Shown in pieces: positions 14,811 to 21,892 of a stretch of DNA of 39,724 nt. Source of the DNA: a virus; the IMG/VR virus record IMGVR_UViG_3300020202_000051; one strand, written 5' to 3'. Position 1 is the first letter of the stretch. The number at the start of each line of letters is the position of its first letter. A program made the position numbers and the translations under genes. The notes under the pieces are model-generated. The model saw only the letters and a program-made list of their open reading frames with translations. It ran no database searches and had not been told where the DNA came from.

Positions 14811-15285
14811 GGGGCGGCTCCTCCTGACTTCGGCCGTTGGCCTCGTCCGTCCTGGCGGACGCTAGCTTGGCAAGTGCCTGGCTCGCCACTCTGCCAATAC
14901 CAAAGTTGCGTTCAAAGTCCGCACTTTCGGGGCTAATGGGCCGGTGTGGTGGGATGTAGCTAGCGTAGAACTCTAGAGCCTCCTTAGCCAAGGCGAGTTG
15001 AGCGTCTCGCCGACGGATAGCCAAGCTCGCGGCGCCATAATGGGCGTTCGAACTAGCCACCTCATTGGCCAGAACCACACCAGCCTCCTCCAGCGCCCGG
15101 GCTCGCGCTTCGGCAGCTGAAGCCTCCAGAGCATCGGTGATGCGGTTCACGAGCGCAAAGTAAACCGACTCCGAAATTCTAATCTGCGCAAAGGTGCCCT
15201 CACCTCGAAGGATGCCTTCGAACCACTTCTCGACTATCTCCCTGGCCCGCTCCTCGTGACTACCCTTCGCCATACTGCTCACCAT
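14803..15285 (-). CDS. Hypothetical early protein (about 160 aa)
   Basis: ATG at 15285 behind GGAGGCTTTCT is preferred over 15306. Confidence 0.6.
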   Translation of the reverse strand: MVSSMAKGSHEERAREIVEKWFEGILRGEGTFAQIRISESVYFALVNRITDALEASAAEARARALEEAGVVLANEVASSNAHYGAASLAIRRRDAQLALAKEALEFYASYIPPHRPISPESADFERNFGIGRVASQALAKLASARTDEANGRSQEEPPRE

Positions 15286-15457
15286 AGAAAGCCTCCATCT
15301 GCTCATCGCCTTCGATAGCAGCGTGCAGGTGCCTCAAGGCATACTGCACGTATGCTTCGCCTATGGTTCCAGGCTGGCACCAAAGTCCGGCGTCGTTCGC
15401 TTGGCGTTCGACTACAGCCAAGATGCGCTTGAGCCGCTCCGAGTAGGGGGCGGTCAT
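15260..15457 (-). CDS. Hypothetical early protein (65 aa)
   Basis: ATG at 15457 forms an ATGA overlap with the stop of gene 15454..15669. Confidence 0.55.
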   Translation of the reverse strand: MTAPYSERLKRILAVVERQANDAGLWCQPGTIGEAYVQYALRHLHAAIEGDEQMEAFYGEQYGEG

Positions 15458-15669
15458 GGCCCCTCCCACATCCCGCGCTCCATAGCGGTCATTCCGCATT
15501 TAGAGCACGAGACCGAACCCCAGCGAGCACGCCTGCGGCTCTCTGGGTCACTTGCCAGCCCCTGCCAGTAAGTGCCGTCTGGGTTTTCGCCGCCACACAA
15601 CTCGGGACCGTCCGAATCGCAGATATGGTCTTTGGGTGGGCCACAATGAAATATCTGTATGTCGCTCAT
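15454..15669 (-). CDS. Hypothetical Cys-rich early protein (71 aa)
   Basis: ATGA overlap with the upstream gene at 15666-15669. Confidence 0.6.
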   Translation of the reverse strand: MSDIQIFHCGPPKDHICDSDGPELCGGENPDGTYWQGLASDPESRRRARWGSVSCSKCGMTAMERGMWEGP

Positions 15670-16220
15670 CCCTTCTCCCCCTCTCCCCGCAGCTGGGCGA
15701 GGGCCTGGCGGGCGCCGTCCAAATATGCCTTATTGGACGCTACTTCTAAGTGCGTCGGGACACATCTTTCCTCGCAACAGTTACCTAGCGTCTCCGCAGC
15801 AGACATTAATCCCTCTTTGGCTTCCTCCAGCGCGTCCGTGGCCAGGGCGAGCTTCTTTTCACCCTCTGCCCACTTGATAGCCCACTCAGATTCTTGCAGC
15901 CACTTGTCCAGTCTAGATGGATGCTCAGCCGCAGCTTTCCATTCGGCTACCTCAGCGCGAAGTACCGCTATCTTTGCCTCTTGTTCCTCCACCAGCGCCA
16001 GCAGACGCGGGATGTCTGAACGCGCATGACTTATAAACTCCAAGAACTCAGTCGAAGGCTCTACACCTGAATCATCTTGAACCAAATGCTCGCCGGTCTC
16101 TGAGTTCCAGAGCTCCCAGTGGTCTAGGTCATCGCCGTGCGCATACGTCCACGGGGGAGGAGGCACCGCATCCACCCGCGCCTGCACCTGGGCGAGCCAG
16201 GCCTTCTCGTCTTCCCTCAT
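15666..16220 (-). CDS. Hypothetical early protein with a coiled coil (184 aa)
   Basis: ATGA overlap with the NeuB-like stop at 16217-16220. Confidence 0.65.
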   Translation of the reverse strand: MREDEKAWLAQVQARVDAVPPPPWTYAHGDDLDHWELWNSETGEHLVQDDSGVEPSTEFLEFISHARSDIPRLLALVEEQEAKIAVLRAEVAEWKAAAEHPSRLDKWLQESEWAIKWAEGEKKLALATDALEEAKEGLMSAAETLGNCCEERCVPTHLEVASNKAYLDGARQALAQLRGEGEKG

Positions 16221-17260
16221 CTCTCACCATCCCAATCCCAGCGGCCAATCGCATGGCCCGCCTGAATGTTCACCCTGACCCGGTGCCCCTCGATGCTCGG
16301 AGCCGCATGAGGCGGAAGCCAGTCGAGTGACGGCACGTGCGAGCGGTAGATGCCAAACGTCTCGCCTTCTTTCAGAACGTCGCCTTTCTTAAGATCGCGT
16401 AGGGCGATCAAGCGCCTGTGATGCAGGAGCCGCATCGAATTGTCGTCGGCGTTCTGTTCAGGCAGATTCCCACGGATCGCTTGCACCATTTCCTTAAATT
16501 CAGACGGGATCAGACTATGCGGCCGGTCAGGCGTCATCACGTCGGGAATTACCGTAAAGTGCTTCTCAATCACACAAGCACCGGTTCCCCATGTCATGGC
16601 CAGGATCTCGGTTGAATGATCCGAAAGCCCTGCGGGCACCCGGAACTCATGAGCGAAACGCGAAAGTTTCCACAACTCTGTCCGCCGTGCTGGATAGGCT
16701 CCTACGCAGTACATGAGAACGACAGGCGTCTCGCCCAGGCGCCTAAGCGCAAGCCGGATCTCCGTCTCGCTATGCCCTGCGGTTGAAAGGAGCACGGGCT
16801 TCCCGTAGCCTTTGAGCTTATCCAAGATTCGGATATGCGCCATCTCGGAGGATGCGACCTTATGGATCCTGACGTAAGGGTTAACCACGTCGTAAAGCTC
16901 GGGCGAGAAGGCCGAGCACAGGAATTCAATCGCATGCTCATCGCAGTGGGCTGAAAGGAGCGGGATCCACTCAGGCGGCATCTCACCCGGCAAGCGCTTT
17001 CTTAAGCTCCCGCGCGCATAAAGTTCCTCAAGGGGGATATCCGAGTCAGGCGCTGTCGCATCCGTGAGACTGAGAACGCCATAAAGCGCCTGCTCATTGA
17101 AGAGCTGAAACTTGACCGCATCTGCTCCCGCCTCTTTCGCTGCCTCAATCGATCTCAGGCAATCGTGAATGTCACGCCAGTTGCTGCCGACCTCGGCAAT
17201 TATGAAGGGCTTACATCCGTCGCCGATCTTAAGATCAGGACCGACTTCAATCGTGCTCAA
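16217..17260 (-). CDS. NeuB/PseI/SpsE-family nonulosonic (sialic-like) acid synthase homologue
   Basis: N-terminal KPFIIAEVGSNWRDIHDCLRSIEAAKEAGADAVKFQLF (NeuB TIM-barrel signature). C-terminal SAF-like LIALRDLKKGDVLKEGETFGIYRS. TTG start at 17260 behind GAGGAGGAGGAG, with a TTGA overlap. Confidence 0.75.
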   Translation of the reverse strand: MSTIEVGPDLKIGDGCKPFIIAEVGSNWRDIHDCLRSIEAAKEAGADAVKFQLFNEQALYGVLSLTDATAPDSDIPLEELYARGSLRKRLPGEMPPEWIPLLSAHCDEHAIEFLCSAFSPELYDVVNPYVRIHKVASSEMAHIRILDKLKGYGKPVLLSTAGHSETEIRLALRRLGETPVVLMYCVGAYPARRTELWKLSRFAHEFRVPAGLSDHSTEILAMTWGTGACVIEKHFTVIPDVMTPDRPHSLIPSEFKEMVQAIRGNLPEQNADDNSMRLLHHRRLIALRDLKKGDVLKEGETFGIYRSHVPSLDWLPPHAAPSIEGHRVRVNIQAGHAIGRWDWDGER

Positions 17261-17649
17261 CTCTCCTCCTCCTCTTTCCGCTCGGCTGCCTCATAGCCGA
17301 GTTCCACCCGCGTCCCGTCCCGCTTCTCGATGATCGTGGGCCGGGGGAACTGGTGGGAAACCTCATCGACCACTTTCCCGATCGAGCGATTGAGAAGCAT
17401 TTCAAGCCGGCCGGGGTCGGCTTCGTTCACACCCTTGTGGATGATCGATGCGATGTAGAGATCAATCGCAGGCGTCGCTGGATCTGAGACGATCTCCATC
17501 ACCTGGGCTCTGGTCATGTGCAGGAACTTCGAGACGAGCTTCCGAAGAGAGTCTTTCGTCAGGCTATCGATCGCCTTCAGCTCCGGAGGAAGCTTCGGCC
17601 GCCCCTTGGGATTCCCGGACTGCCCTGGCTTGAAACGTCCTTTCACCAT
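17257..17649 (-). CDS. DUF5681-like protein (FKPGQSGNPKGRPK motif); possible DNA-binding/small-terminase-like
   Basis: The N-terminal GNPxGRPK motif is recognised from memory. Function is not established. Confidence 0.5.
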   Translation of the reverse strand: MVKGRFKPGQSGNPKGRPKLPPELKAIDSLTKDSLRKLVSKFLHMTRAQVMEIVSDPATPAIDLYIASIIHKGVNEADPGRLEMLLNRSIGKVVDEVSHQFPRPTIIEKRDGTRVELGYEAAERKEEEES

Positions 17650-17858
17650 ATGGGCCTCTCCTCTGTTTTTTCTCTGTTTAATCCCTGACTATCAGTCTCA
17701 GGAACGATCGCGACCCCGAGCGCGCAGTCCCGAAGCGCCGAGAGCCGCATCACCTGATCCGCATCGCTTTGGGGTACATCCAGCGTCACGCGCCAGCCGC
17801 CGTCTGCGGTGGTCGAGACGCGGACCAGGATGGCGTGAAGGGTGATGGGAGCGCTCAT
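17643..17858 (-). CDS. Hypothetical early protein (71 aa)
   Basis: ORF in the operon, overlapping its neighbours by 4-7 nt. Confidence 0.55.
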   Translation of the reverse strand: MSAPITLHAILVRVSTTADGGWRVTLDVPQSDADQVMRLSALRDCALGVAIVPETDSQGLNREKTEERPIW

Positions 17859-18118
17859 GGACGGTTCTTCCCGTCGTTCTCTACAAAGCCCCGTATCTTT
17901 CTGAGCCTCCGAAGTTGTCTCCTATCAGCCTTCAAGCATAAGTAGGGTTTCATCTTGGTCGGTATCAGTCTGCCGACCTCCAGCTTGAGTTCAGTCATTC
18001 CGGCATTCGTCAGGATCGGAAAAGTCATCCATAGCCCTACTGGGTAGGACCCTAGCTTCTTGCCCTTGATCCATCCGAGAAGAGAATGACCATTCCGCTT
18101 GTCTCTGATCTCGATCAC
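17855..18118 (-). CDS. Small protein, paralogue 2 of a tandem pair
   Basis: GTG at 18118 behind GGGAGGTGGGGAA. Shares LLGWIKGxxLG, ExxLEVG, PYLxLKADR and GF(I/V) with gene 18156..18431. Confidence 0.6.
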   Translation of the reverse strand: MIEIRDKRNGHSLLGWIKGKKLGSYPVGLWMTFPILTNAGMTELKLEVGRLIPTKMKPYLCLKADRRQLRRLRKIRGFVENDGKNRP

Positions 18119-18155
18119 TTCCCCACCTCCCTGCAGCTCGCAATGAACGCCGTGT

Positions 18156-18431
18156 CTAGTGCATCCACGGCTCACCTGCCCGATTCGGGATAAACCCGAT
18201 CACGCGCTTAAGCGCCCACCACGGCACGCGGTCCGCTTTGAGCGCCAAGTAGGGCTCGCGGTCTAGCCCCGCCGTGTAAGCGCCTACTTCCATCTCGAGA
18301 TAGTCCAGCTCGCCTCGGCCGAGCAGCATCGCAAACTGGATCTTAGACCCATGGTCATCGGGGCCGAGTTGAAGTCCCTTGATCCAGCCGAGTAGCGCGC
18401 TCGGCTCTTCCGTGCTTCTCACCTCAGTCAT
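18156..18431 (-). CDS. Small protein, paralogue 1 of a tandem pair
   Basis: Start taken at ATG 18431 (MTEVRSTEEPSALLGWIKG). This aligns residue for residue with the start of paralogue 2. Confidence 0.6.
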   Translation of the reverse strand: MTEVRSTEEPSALLGWIKGLQLGPDDHGSKIQFAMLLGRGELDYLEMEVGAYTAGLDREPYLALKADRVPWWALKRVIGFIPNRAGEPWMH

Positions 18432-18516
18432 CATGACGACACCCATCCCGTGCGCCTGTGATAAAGGCCATGATGCCCACCCCGACTACGCACCCGATCA
18501 GAAATCCCATGCCCAT
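18424..18516 (-). CDS. Candidate 30-aa membrane peptide
   Basis: Hand translation gives MGMGFLIGCVVGVGIMAFITGARDGCRHDD. Below the track cut-off. Confidence 0.3.
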   Translation of the reverse strand: MGMGFLIGCVVGVGIMAFITGARDGCRHDD

Positions 18517-18527
18517 TTCAACCCCCG

Positions 18528-18665
18528 TCACAGGCAGCTCGAAAGTTTATCCCACTGCAGCTCAGGCCAAAGGTCCGGCGTATTGAGAAGCGCCAGCCTC
18601 GCCTCGGCATCCAGGCGCTTGAGCTTATCCGCCTTTTCATCCATCACGTCGCACCACTCGCACAT
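18528..18665 (-). CDS. Candidate 45-aa protein
   Basis: Hand translation gives MCEWCDVMDEKADKLKRLDAEARLALLNTPDLWPELQWDKLSSCL. TGATG overlap with the upstream stop. Confidence 0.35.
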   Translation of the reverse strand: MCEWCDVMDEKADKLKRLDAEARLALLNTPDLWPELQWDKLSSCL

Positions 18666-18850
18666 CACTTCTTCCCCTTCTTCGCCCGGCGCTGGCCGTT
18701 CTTGTACAGAATCGCGTTCATCGCGAATGAGTGATCGAGATACATGTCACTCAGGATGCCGATCACCTCCCTGATATTGCCCACCCCCACCTGAGACTTC
18801 TTCCCCTCGCGCCTGGCGATCTCACGCACCAGGTCCTTGATCGATTTCAT
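18665..18850 (-). CDS. Hypothetical basic protein (61 aa)
   Basis: ORF with ATG at 18850 and a Lys-rich C-terminus. Confidence 0.55.
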   Translation of the reverse strand: MKSIKDLVREIARREGKKSQVGVGNIREVIGILSDMYLDHSFAMNAILYKNGQRRAKKGKK

Positions 18851-18987
18851 CTATTCCCCCGATTGATCATCCACCATGCACATAGGCAGATCCCTGCCAT
18901 TGCACCCATAAGCCCCATCACTTCCCAGAAGTTATCTGGAATCGGATAGGTCCGAACCATTGACCTTCCGCCGCCAACGATGCTCAT
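18847..18987 (-). CDS. Candidate 46-aa membrane peptide
   Basis: Hand translation gives MSIVGGGRSMVRTYPIPDNFWEVMGLMGAMAGICLCAWWMINRGNR. ATGA overlaps at both ends. Confidence 0.35.
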   Translation of the reverse strand: MSIVGGGRSMVRTYPIPDNFWEVMGLMGAMAGICLCAWWMINRGNR

Positions 18988-19352
18988 TCTGCTGCCCCCT
19001 TCGGTATGATCGTCTCCACTAGCTTCGGATTCTCAGCGCGGCCCATGAAGATCATCAAAGGTCCTGGGCCGTAGGACGCCCAAAGCTTCTTCTTCATGAG
19101 CCAGTCTCGAGTCGCGAAACCTTTCGCCTCTGCCCATGCCTCGCATCCGGTGCGAAAGTCCCACAATTTGAAATCGGGCTTGTAGATAATCCTGGCCTCG
19201 CTCAGTCGCACCTCATCCTGCACCTTGAGCACCTTGATCTCGCCCGCCTGCTCCATCGCCTTCAGGAGTAGGAAAACGCCACGCTCAAGCCGGCTTGCGA
19301 ATGAATACCCCTGAAACTCGCAGCGGCGAGCGCCGTATTTCTGGCTCCTCAT
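18984..19352 (-). CDS. DUF1064-like putative endonuclease
   Basis: Pattern KYGARRCEFQGYSFASRLERGVFLLLK...YKPDFKLWD...EAKGF, from memory of DUF1064. ATG at 19352 forms an ATGA overlap. Confidence 0.55.
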   Translation of the reverse strand: MRSQKYGARRCEFQGYSFASRLERGVFLLLKAMEQAGEIKVLKVQDEVRLSEARIIYKPDFKLWDFRTGCEAWAEAKGFATRDWLMKKKLWASYGPGPLMIFMGRAENPKLVETIIPKGAAE

Positions 19353-19984
19353 GCGGACGTGTCCTCCGGAAGCTTCAGAACTCCGCCCGATTCCGACCAA
19401 GCACGATCTCTGAGATCCCGAATCTGATCTTCGATTCTGGCCAACCCACTCACGGGACCGGATGCCTGTCCAATCGCCTGAAGTCCGCCACGAGAGCTGG
19501 GCAGCTTAGGTGCCTGATCGAGTCTCCCCATCCTCGCAAGCCTCTGCGCCGATATCGCCGCCTCTCTCCACTGCGCCTGGAGGAATCCCACGTTGTCATG
19601 GGTCAGCATTTGGCAGACGTTCAGCCATCCGCCCTGGCGCTCAACCACGTGCCAGCCGAGTTCCCCGACGTATTCCTTCGCTCGCATGGGGTTACTCCAA
19701 CCGTAGCGGGCAACGGCGGCCACGATCCGGGCGGCTGAGTCCCGGGCCTCGTTCTCGCTCGTGTCAGCAGGCTGGATGCGATCCCGGATCAGGGCCGGAA
19801 GCGGAAAGCGCGTCGTCCGGGGGTCGCGCCTGAGCTCGCCAATCGCCCGGGCCACAGCCGGATAGTCGAGATCGGCCAGGTCCTCGACGTAGAGAACCAA
19901 GACCTCGTCGGGGATCCGGTGCCCGTAGTAAAGCGACGTTGCCACGATGAGCGCCTTCAGTTTCTTGATCTCGTCTGCAGTCAT
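19349..19984 (-). CDS. Putative replicative-helicase loader (G39P-like N-terminus)
   Basis: Start at ATG 19984 (ATGA overlap). MTADEIKKLKALIVATSLYYGHRIPDEVLVLYVEDLADLDYPAVARAIGELRRDPRTTRFPLPALIRDRI resembles the SPP1 G39P family, from memory. Confidence 0.5.
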   Translation of the reverse strand: MTADEIKKLKALIVATSLYYGHRIPDEVLVLYVEDLADLDYPAVARAIGELRRDPRTTRFPLPALIRDRIQPADTSENEARDSAARIVAAVARYGWSNPMRAKEYVGELGWHVVERQGGWLNVCQMLTHDNVGFLQAQWREAAISAQRLARMGRLDQAPKLPSSRGGLQAIGQASGPVSGLARIEDQIRDLRDRAWSESGGVLKLPEDTSA

Positions 19985-20871
19985 AGTTCCCCCGCTGCAA
20001 TACGTTCGAGTTGACCCCGTTGGTATTCGACCGTCTCCATCGCCTGGGCCTCGACCCGGGTGATGACCCGCTTGGATTTCCATTCGGTGTAAAGCTTCTC
20101 CGCGTCGAGCAGGCAGGCGCCGACGGGATGGCGGCACTTCACGTAGTAGGCATCGGGGTGATGGACGTAGAACCGGATCACCTGGACGGCGTCCTCGGCT
20201 CCCAGGCGGTCGACGAGCTGGCAGAGTTGAGAGTTGACCCGGGAGTTCCGTTTCGGGTCGACCTTCCACCGTGCGAGGTATTCTTCTCGGTAGGCTTCCC
20301 AGACCCCCGAAGATTTCGATTCGGTCTTCGCTGCCGGGTTGAGCCGCGGCTTGTGTCCGCGGATCACCTTCAGTTCCCCGTTAGAGTTAAAGTTAGAGTT
20401 ACCCGTTAAAGTTAAAGGCGGATTGGCAGGTGGTTTGTCAGTGGTCGGACACTTGCTAGCAACTGGCTGGCAAGTGTCTAGCAATGTCTCCTCAGGAATC
20501 GCGAACTTCGCCTCCTCCTTCGGGTGACACTTCTGATGCTTCTTGAATGTGGGCGAATAGAGATACGATTTGCCCTCGTGGATCAGTCCACGAATTCGTC
20601 CGGTGTCAATTAGCTCCTGGATGAGCTCTGCGACCCGTTTCGCGGTCAGGTCGTCGTCATATGGAAAGATGTTCCGCTTGATCAGACGCGGATCGCCGTC
20701 GCAGATTCCCTGCCTGTCCATGAAACACCACAGACCCACGTACAGGAGCCTGGCCTCCCGGCTGAGACCCGCCAGCCCAACGTCCTCAAAGAACTCCGGC
20801 TTGATGTACCTGATGCGCGCCACGATGCCCCCCTGATTCCCAACGCCGCTCCGCCCGAACCCGTTCAACAA
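19981..20871 (-). CDS. Putative replication initiation/organiser protein
   Basis: N-terminal ARIRYIKPEFFEDVGLAGLSREARLLYVGLWCFMDRQG is a motif common in prophage replication proteins, from memory. The start could instead be GTG 20823. Confidence 0.5.
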   Translation of the reverse strand: MLNGFGRSGVGNQGGIVARIRYIKPEFFEDVGLAGLSREARLLYVGLWCFMDRQGICDGDPRLIKRNIFPYDDDLTAKRVAELIQELIDTGRIRGLIHEGKSYLYSPTFKKHQKCHPKEEAKFAIPEETLLDTCQPVASKCPTTDKPPANPPLTLTGNSNFNSNGELKVIRGHKPRLNPAAKTESKSSGVWEAYREEYLARWKVDPKRNSRVNSQLCQLVDRLGAEDAVQVIRFYVHHPDAYYVKCRHPVGACLLDAEKLYTEWKSKRVITRVEAQAMETVEYQRGQLERIAAGEL

Positions 20872-21292
20872 TCCTTCTGGCCACAGTGCCCCCAGCCAGC
20901 CCCAGGAAATCGCTAATCCGCCGATAGCTCATGCCCTGCTCTCGTAAATTGAAGGCCTTGTTCTTCAATTCCTCGGAATGCTTCGCCGGCCTACCAATGC
21001 GTTTCCCCTCTCTTCGCGCTCGCTCAAGTCCATCCCTGATACTTTGGTGCTTGAGGCGGGCACTCAATACGTGAACGCCAAATTCCGCCGCCATCAGCGG
21101 CATCCGCTTGTCGAGCCAGGATCTGAATTCCTCTACACATTCCGCACATAGCGGGGCTGGTAGAGACTGAATGTCGATTGCTTTGCGAAGATTCCTGAAA
21201 AGAAGTCTGGACGACGCATTCAGGTAGATCTGAAATACGTCGTCCCCAATCTTCTCCCCGTGAGTGATCCCGCACACGAGGCAGACGGCCAT
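20786..21292 (-). CDS. Zn-ribbon plus resolvase-type HTH regulator
   Basis: N-terminal CLVCG...CAEC. C-terminal GRPAKHSEELKNKAFNLREQGMSYRRISDFLGLAGGTVARRI is HTH_7-like. Confidence 0.6.
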   Translation of the reverse strand: MAVCLVCGITHGEKIGDDVFQIYLNASSRLLFRNLRKAIDIQSLPAPLCAECVEEFRSWLDKRMPLMAAEFGVHVLSARLKHQSIRDGLERARREGKRIGRPAKHSEELKNKAFNLREQGMSYRRISDFLGLAGGTVARRIVERVRAERRWESGGHRGAHQVHQAGVL

Positions 21293-21294
21293 GG

Positions 21295-21528
21295 TCAGTT
21301 CCCCAGCATGAGCGGCTCGGGCATCTGAGGCTGAAGCCCCGCTTTGCCCATCGAAGCGAGAAAGCGCGCGTAGTCGAGTTCCATGTTCGAGATTGCGATG
21401 ATCTGACTGGCGCCCTTGATGACCACGTTGGCTCGAGCCGGTGTCGATTCGCCGGCCAGCACCTTGTCGAGTTCGTCAAAAATGGCCTGCCGCAGTCCTA
21501 GCGTGCTGCGAGTGATCTTCGAATGCAT
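21295..21528 (-). CDS. Hypothetical protein (77 aa), first gene after attP
   Basis: ORF with ATG at 21528. Confidence 0.5.
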   Translation of the reverse strand: MHSKITRSTLGLRQAIFDELDKVLAGESTPARANVVIKGASQIIAISNMELDYARFLASMGKAGLQPQMPEPLMLGN

Positions 21529-21615
21529 TGTTGCCCCCTTCGTTTATCGTTGACCGCTTCCTGCGTAGACCCCCGCCCAGCGTCCTGCCGGCGCGGGTAC
21601 TGCGTTCAATGCTCT

Positions 21616-21635
21616 GCTGACACCTGGCTGACAGA
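21616..21635. repeat. 20-bp perfect direct repeat GCTGACACCTGGCTGACAGA (arm-type site candidate), copy 1
   Basis: Identical to 21870..21889. Each copy contains two GCTGACA heptamers, and a fifth heptamer lies at 21836-21842. Confidence 0.85.
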
Positions 21636-21749
21636 GGGCTCGAAAACCGCCAAAAAAGCCGGTAAACCGCCCAATGCCAAAACGGCACTAAGCCTCGGTG
21701 ATCGCGTTGAAATTTGTGTTTTCTTGTGGTTTACGAAAACCCGTTGGAC

Positions 21750-21809
21750 GGACTTAAAATCCTGGGATCCGAAAGGATCGTGGGGATTCGAGTTCCCCCC
21801 TCGGCACCA
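21750..21809 (+). other. attP core candidate: 3' portion of a type-II tRNA-Leu(UAA)-like sequence
   Basis: Anticodon loop CTTAAAA; variable-arm hairpin GATCC-GAAA-GGATC; T-arm GGGGA-TTCGAGT-TCCCC; acceptor 3' strand CCTCGGC; discriminator A; CCA at 21807-21809. No D-arm or complementary GCCGAGG is found upstream. Confidence 0.7.
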
Positions 21810-21869
21810 GACTTCATTCAGGAATTCTGATTCTGGCTGACAAAAGTCCTGGGACCGACCGAAATCTTG

Positions 21870-21889
21870 GCTGACACCTGGCTGACAGA
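21870..21889. repeat. 20-bp perfect direct repeat, copy 2 (adjacent to the integrase stop)
   Basis: Identical to 21616..21635. Confidence 0.85.
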
Positions 21890-21892
21890 TTC

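Noticed and set aside
19349-20269. The 306-aa version of ORF 19349..20269, and likewise the 191-aa version of 23390..23965
   Set aside because: The N-terminal extensions are Arg/Pro/Gly-rich and overlap the upstream genes in another frame. Internal ATGs at 19984 and 23800 sit at an ATGA junction or a strong SD and give sensible proteins.
21720-21809. A complete phage-encoded tRNA-Leu gene
   Set aside because: Only the anticodon loop, variable arm, T-arm and 3' acceptor strand are present. There is no D-arm, no GCCGAGG 5' acceptor strand upstream, and the anticodon stem pairs at only 3 of 5 positions. It is interpreted as an attP core.
21616-21889. GCTGACA-containing repeats as a mini CRISPR array
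   Set aside because: There are only two 20-bp copies 254 bp apart plus single heptamers, with no regular repeat-spacer periodicity and no cas genes.
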